Origin: Massilicoli timonensis
Lineage (GTDB): Bacteria > Bacillota_I > Bacilli_A > Erysipelotrichales > Erysipelotrichaceae
Reading direction: 5' to 3'
Length of the DNA: 32,000 nt
NCBI RefSeq assembly: GCF_900199515.1
Contig: NZ_LT963434.1
Span: forward strand, 393,272 to 425,271
Shown here piece after piece: positions 30,641 through 32,000 of the stretch. Numbering within the stretch: the first letter of the stretch is position 1; the number at the start of each line of letters is the position of its first letter. The notes under the pieces were generated by a model. The model did not search any database. It was not told the origin of the DNA and saw only the letters and a program-made list of their open reading frames with translations. The position numbers were made by a program, and so were the translations under genes.

Positions 30641-32000
30641 ATACTTGTTTTCCATCAAGCGACCACGTCTTGACATCGGTGATCTCGACCTCGACAAAAT
30701 CACCGGCTTTGACATCTTTGCCGATGAAATTCACCAGTTTGTTCGTGTCCGTATGACCGCTGTAAACCTGATCGTTTTTCTTGCTGAAACCATCTACCAG
30801 CACCGTTACGATCTTGCCGCGATACTTCTCATTCTGCATATGTGTATAATAATTCGTCTTTTCATTTAAGCGCTGTAAACGCTCTTGCTTGACGGCAAGC
30901 GGTACATTGTCCGCCATTTTGGCAGCAGGGGTGCCTTCCCGCGGCGAATAAATAAAGGTAAAGGCATTGTCAAACTTGCAATAGTCCACGATGTCCAGCG
31001 TATGCTGAAACTGCGCTTCGCTCTCATTGGGAAAGCCGACGATGATGTCGGTGGAAAAGGCGCAGTTTTTAATGTTTGATGTGATCTTGTCATACAGTCT
31101 TTTGTATTCTTCGATCGTATAGCGCCGTCCCATGAGCTTTAAGATGTCGCTGTCGCCGGACTGCACCGGCAGATGGATAAAAGGCATGATATTGTCATAG
31201 CGGGCGATGACATCGATCATTTCATCGGTAAAATCCCATGGATGACTGGTCATAAAGCGAACGCGCGCAATGCCGATCTGCGCCACTTCCGCAAGCAGTT
31301 TCGCAAAACCGCCCGCCAGTCCTAAATCTTTGCCATAAGCATTGACGTTTTGCCCCAGCAGCGTAATTTCATGAAAGCCCTGCGCCTTTAGGGTCCTTAC
31401 TTCCTCTAAAATATCCTCCATCATGCGCGAGCGTTCTTTTCCTCTTGTATAAGGGACGATACAATAAGTACAGAATTTATCACAGCCGTACATGATATTG
31501 ACCCATGCCTTATGTGAATCAAAACGGATGACCGGCAGATTTTCGATCACTTCGCCTTCTTTGGAATATACCTCGATCACTTTTTTATGCGTCGTCATCA
31601 CCTGATAGAGCAAGATCGGCAGACGATGCAGATTATGGGTTCCAAAGATCAGCTCCACATGACGATAATGCGTCAACAGGGTATCGATGATCGCTTCTTC
31701 CTGCGACATACAGCCGCAGATACCGATGACCAGATCAGGATTCTCTTTTTTCAGGCGCTTGAGCTGTCCCAGTTCGCCAAGCACCTTGTCTTCGGCGTTT
31801 TTGCGGATCGCACAGGTATTCAATAAAATGACATCGGCTTGTTCAGCATCCTCACACGGCGTAAAGCAAAGCGCCTCCATGATGCCGGCAAGCGTTTCGC
31901 TGTCGCGCTGATTTGCCTGACAGCCATAGGTGCGCAGATAGTAGCGTTTGCCCTGCCCCAGTAGTTTGGCCTCCGTCGGGATCTCAAACAAACCTTTTTC
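30639..32000 (-). CDS. miaB: tRNA-i6A37 methylthiotransferase MiaB (5' end possibly outside window)
   Basis: N-terminal cluster region YLRTYGCQANQRDSE, radical-SAM motif CDKFCTYC, and a C-terminal TRAM-like domain. The ORF-track start at 31991 is TTG. The frame stays open to position 32000, so the real start may lie upstream. Confidence 0.9.
   Translation of the reverse strand, partial: EKGLFEIPTEAKLLGQGKRYYLRTYGCQANQRDSETLAGIMEALCFTPCEDAEQADVILLNTCAIRKNAEDKVLGELGQLKRLKKENPDLVIGICGCMSQEEAIIDTLLTHYRHVELIFGTHNLHRLPILLYQVMTTHKKVIEVYSKEGEVIENLPVIRFDSHKAWVNIMYGCDKFCTYCIVPYTRGKERSRMMEDILEEVRTLKAQGFHEITLLGQNVNAYGKDLGLAGGFAKLLAEVAQIGIARVRFMTSHPWDFTDEMIDVIARYDNIMPFIHLPVQSGDSDILKLMGRRYTIEEYKRLYDKITSNIKNCAFSTDIIVGFPNESEAQFQHTLDIVDYCKFDNAFTFIYSPREGTPAAKMADNVPLAVKQERLQRLNEKTNYYTHMQNEKYRGKIVTVLVDGFSKKNDQVYSGHTDTNKLVNFIGKDVKAGDFVEVEITDVKTWSLDGKQV

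Overview
Low-GC Bacillota-type chromosome segment; a finer taxon cannot be assigned without a database search. No tRNA, rRNA or CRISPR array was found.

**1 to ~10990 - prophage, right-hand part.** This block is visibly AT-rich. Early and replication genes lie on the minus strand:
- SNF2-like helicase (partial, runs off the window)
- beta-class amino-DNA methyltransferase
- replisome organizer with internal 11-bp iterons
- DUF1064 protein, NinB-like protein, HNH endonuclease, Sak-type annealing protein
- several HTH proteins and a membrane-anchored glucosaminidase-domain protein

An atypical lysis-lysogeny switch follows. The lysogeny genes are on the plus strand: CI/ImmR-like repressor, a DUF4236 membrane protein, ImmA-like protease and a tyrosine integrase at the edge.

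**~11.1 to 32 kb - host genes, all on the minus strand.**
- a tail-less SSB and an inactive/active M16 peptidase pair
- a BMP/nucleoside-type ABC transporter (two permeases, duplicated ATPase, lipoprotein)
- an apparent rnj-ftsK-yjjI-yjjW operon
- miaB (5' end probably outside the window)

**17.9 to 22.9 kb - accessory wedge between the ABC genes and their binding protein.** It holds an intact ISL3-family IS with a perfect 8-bp target duplication. It also holds a 2.7-kb BspA-like LRR surface-protein gene.

**Most notable sequence-level observations.**
- A 12-nt poly-G tract puts the LRR protein's signal peptide out of frame with its 910-aa body, which looks like a phase-variation switch.
- A convergently overlapping pair of unknown genes is nested inside the prophage switch.
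- An orphan YjjI/YjjW glycyl-radical pair is translationally coupled to ftsK.
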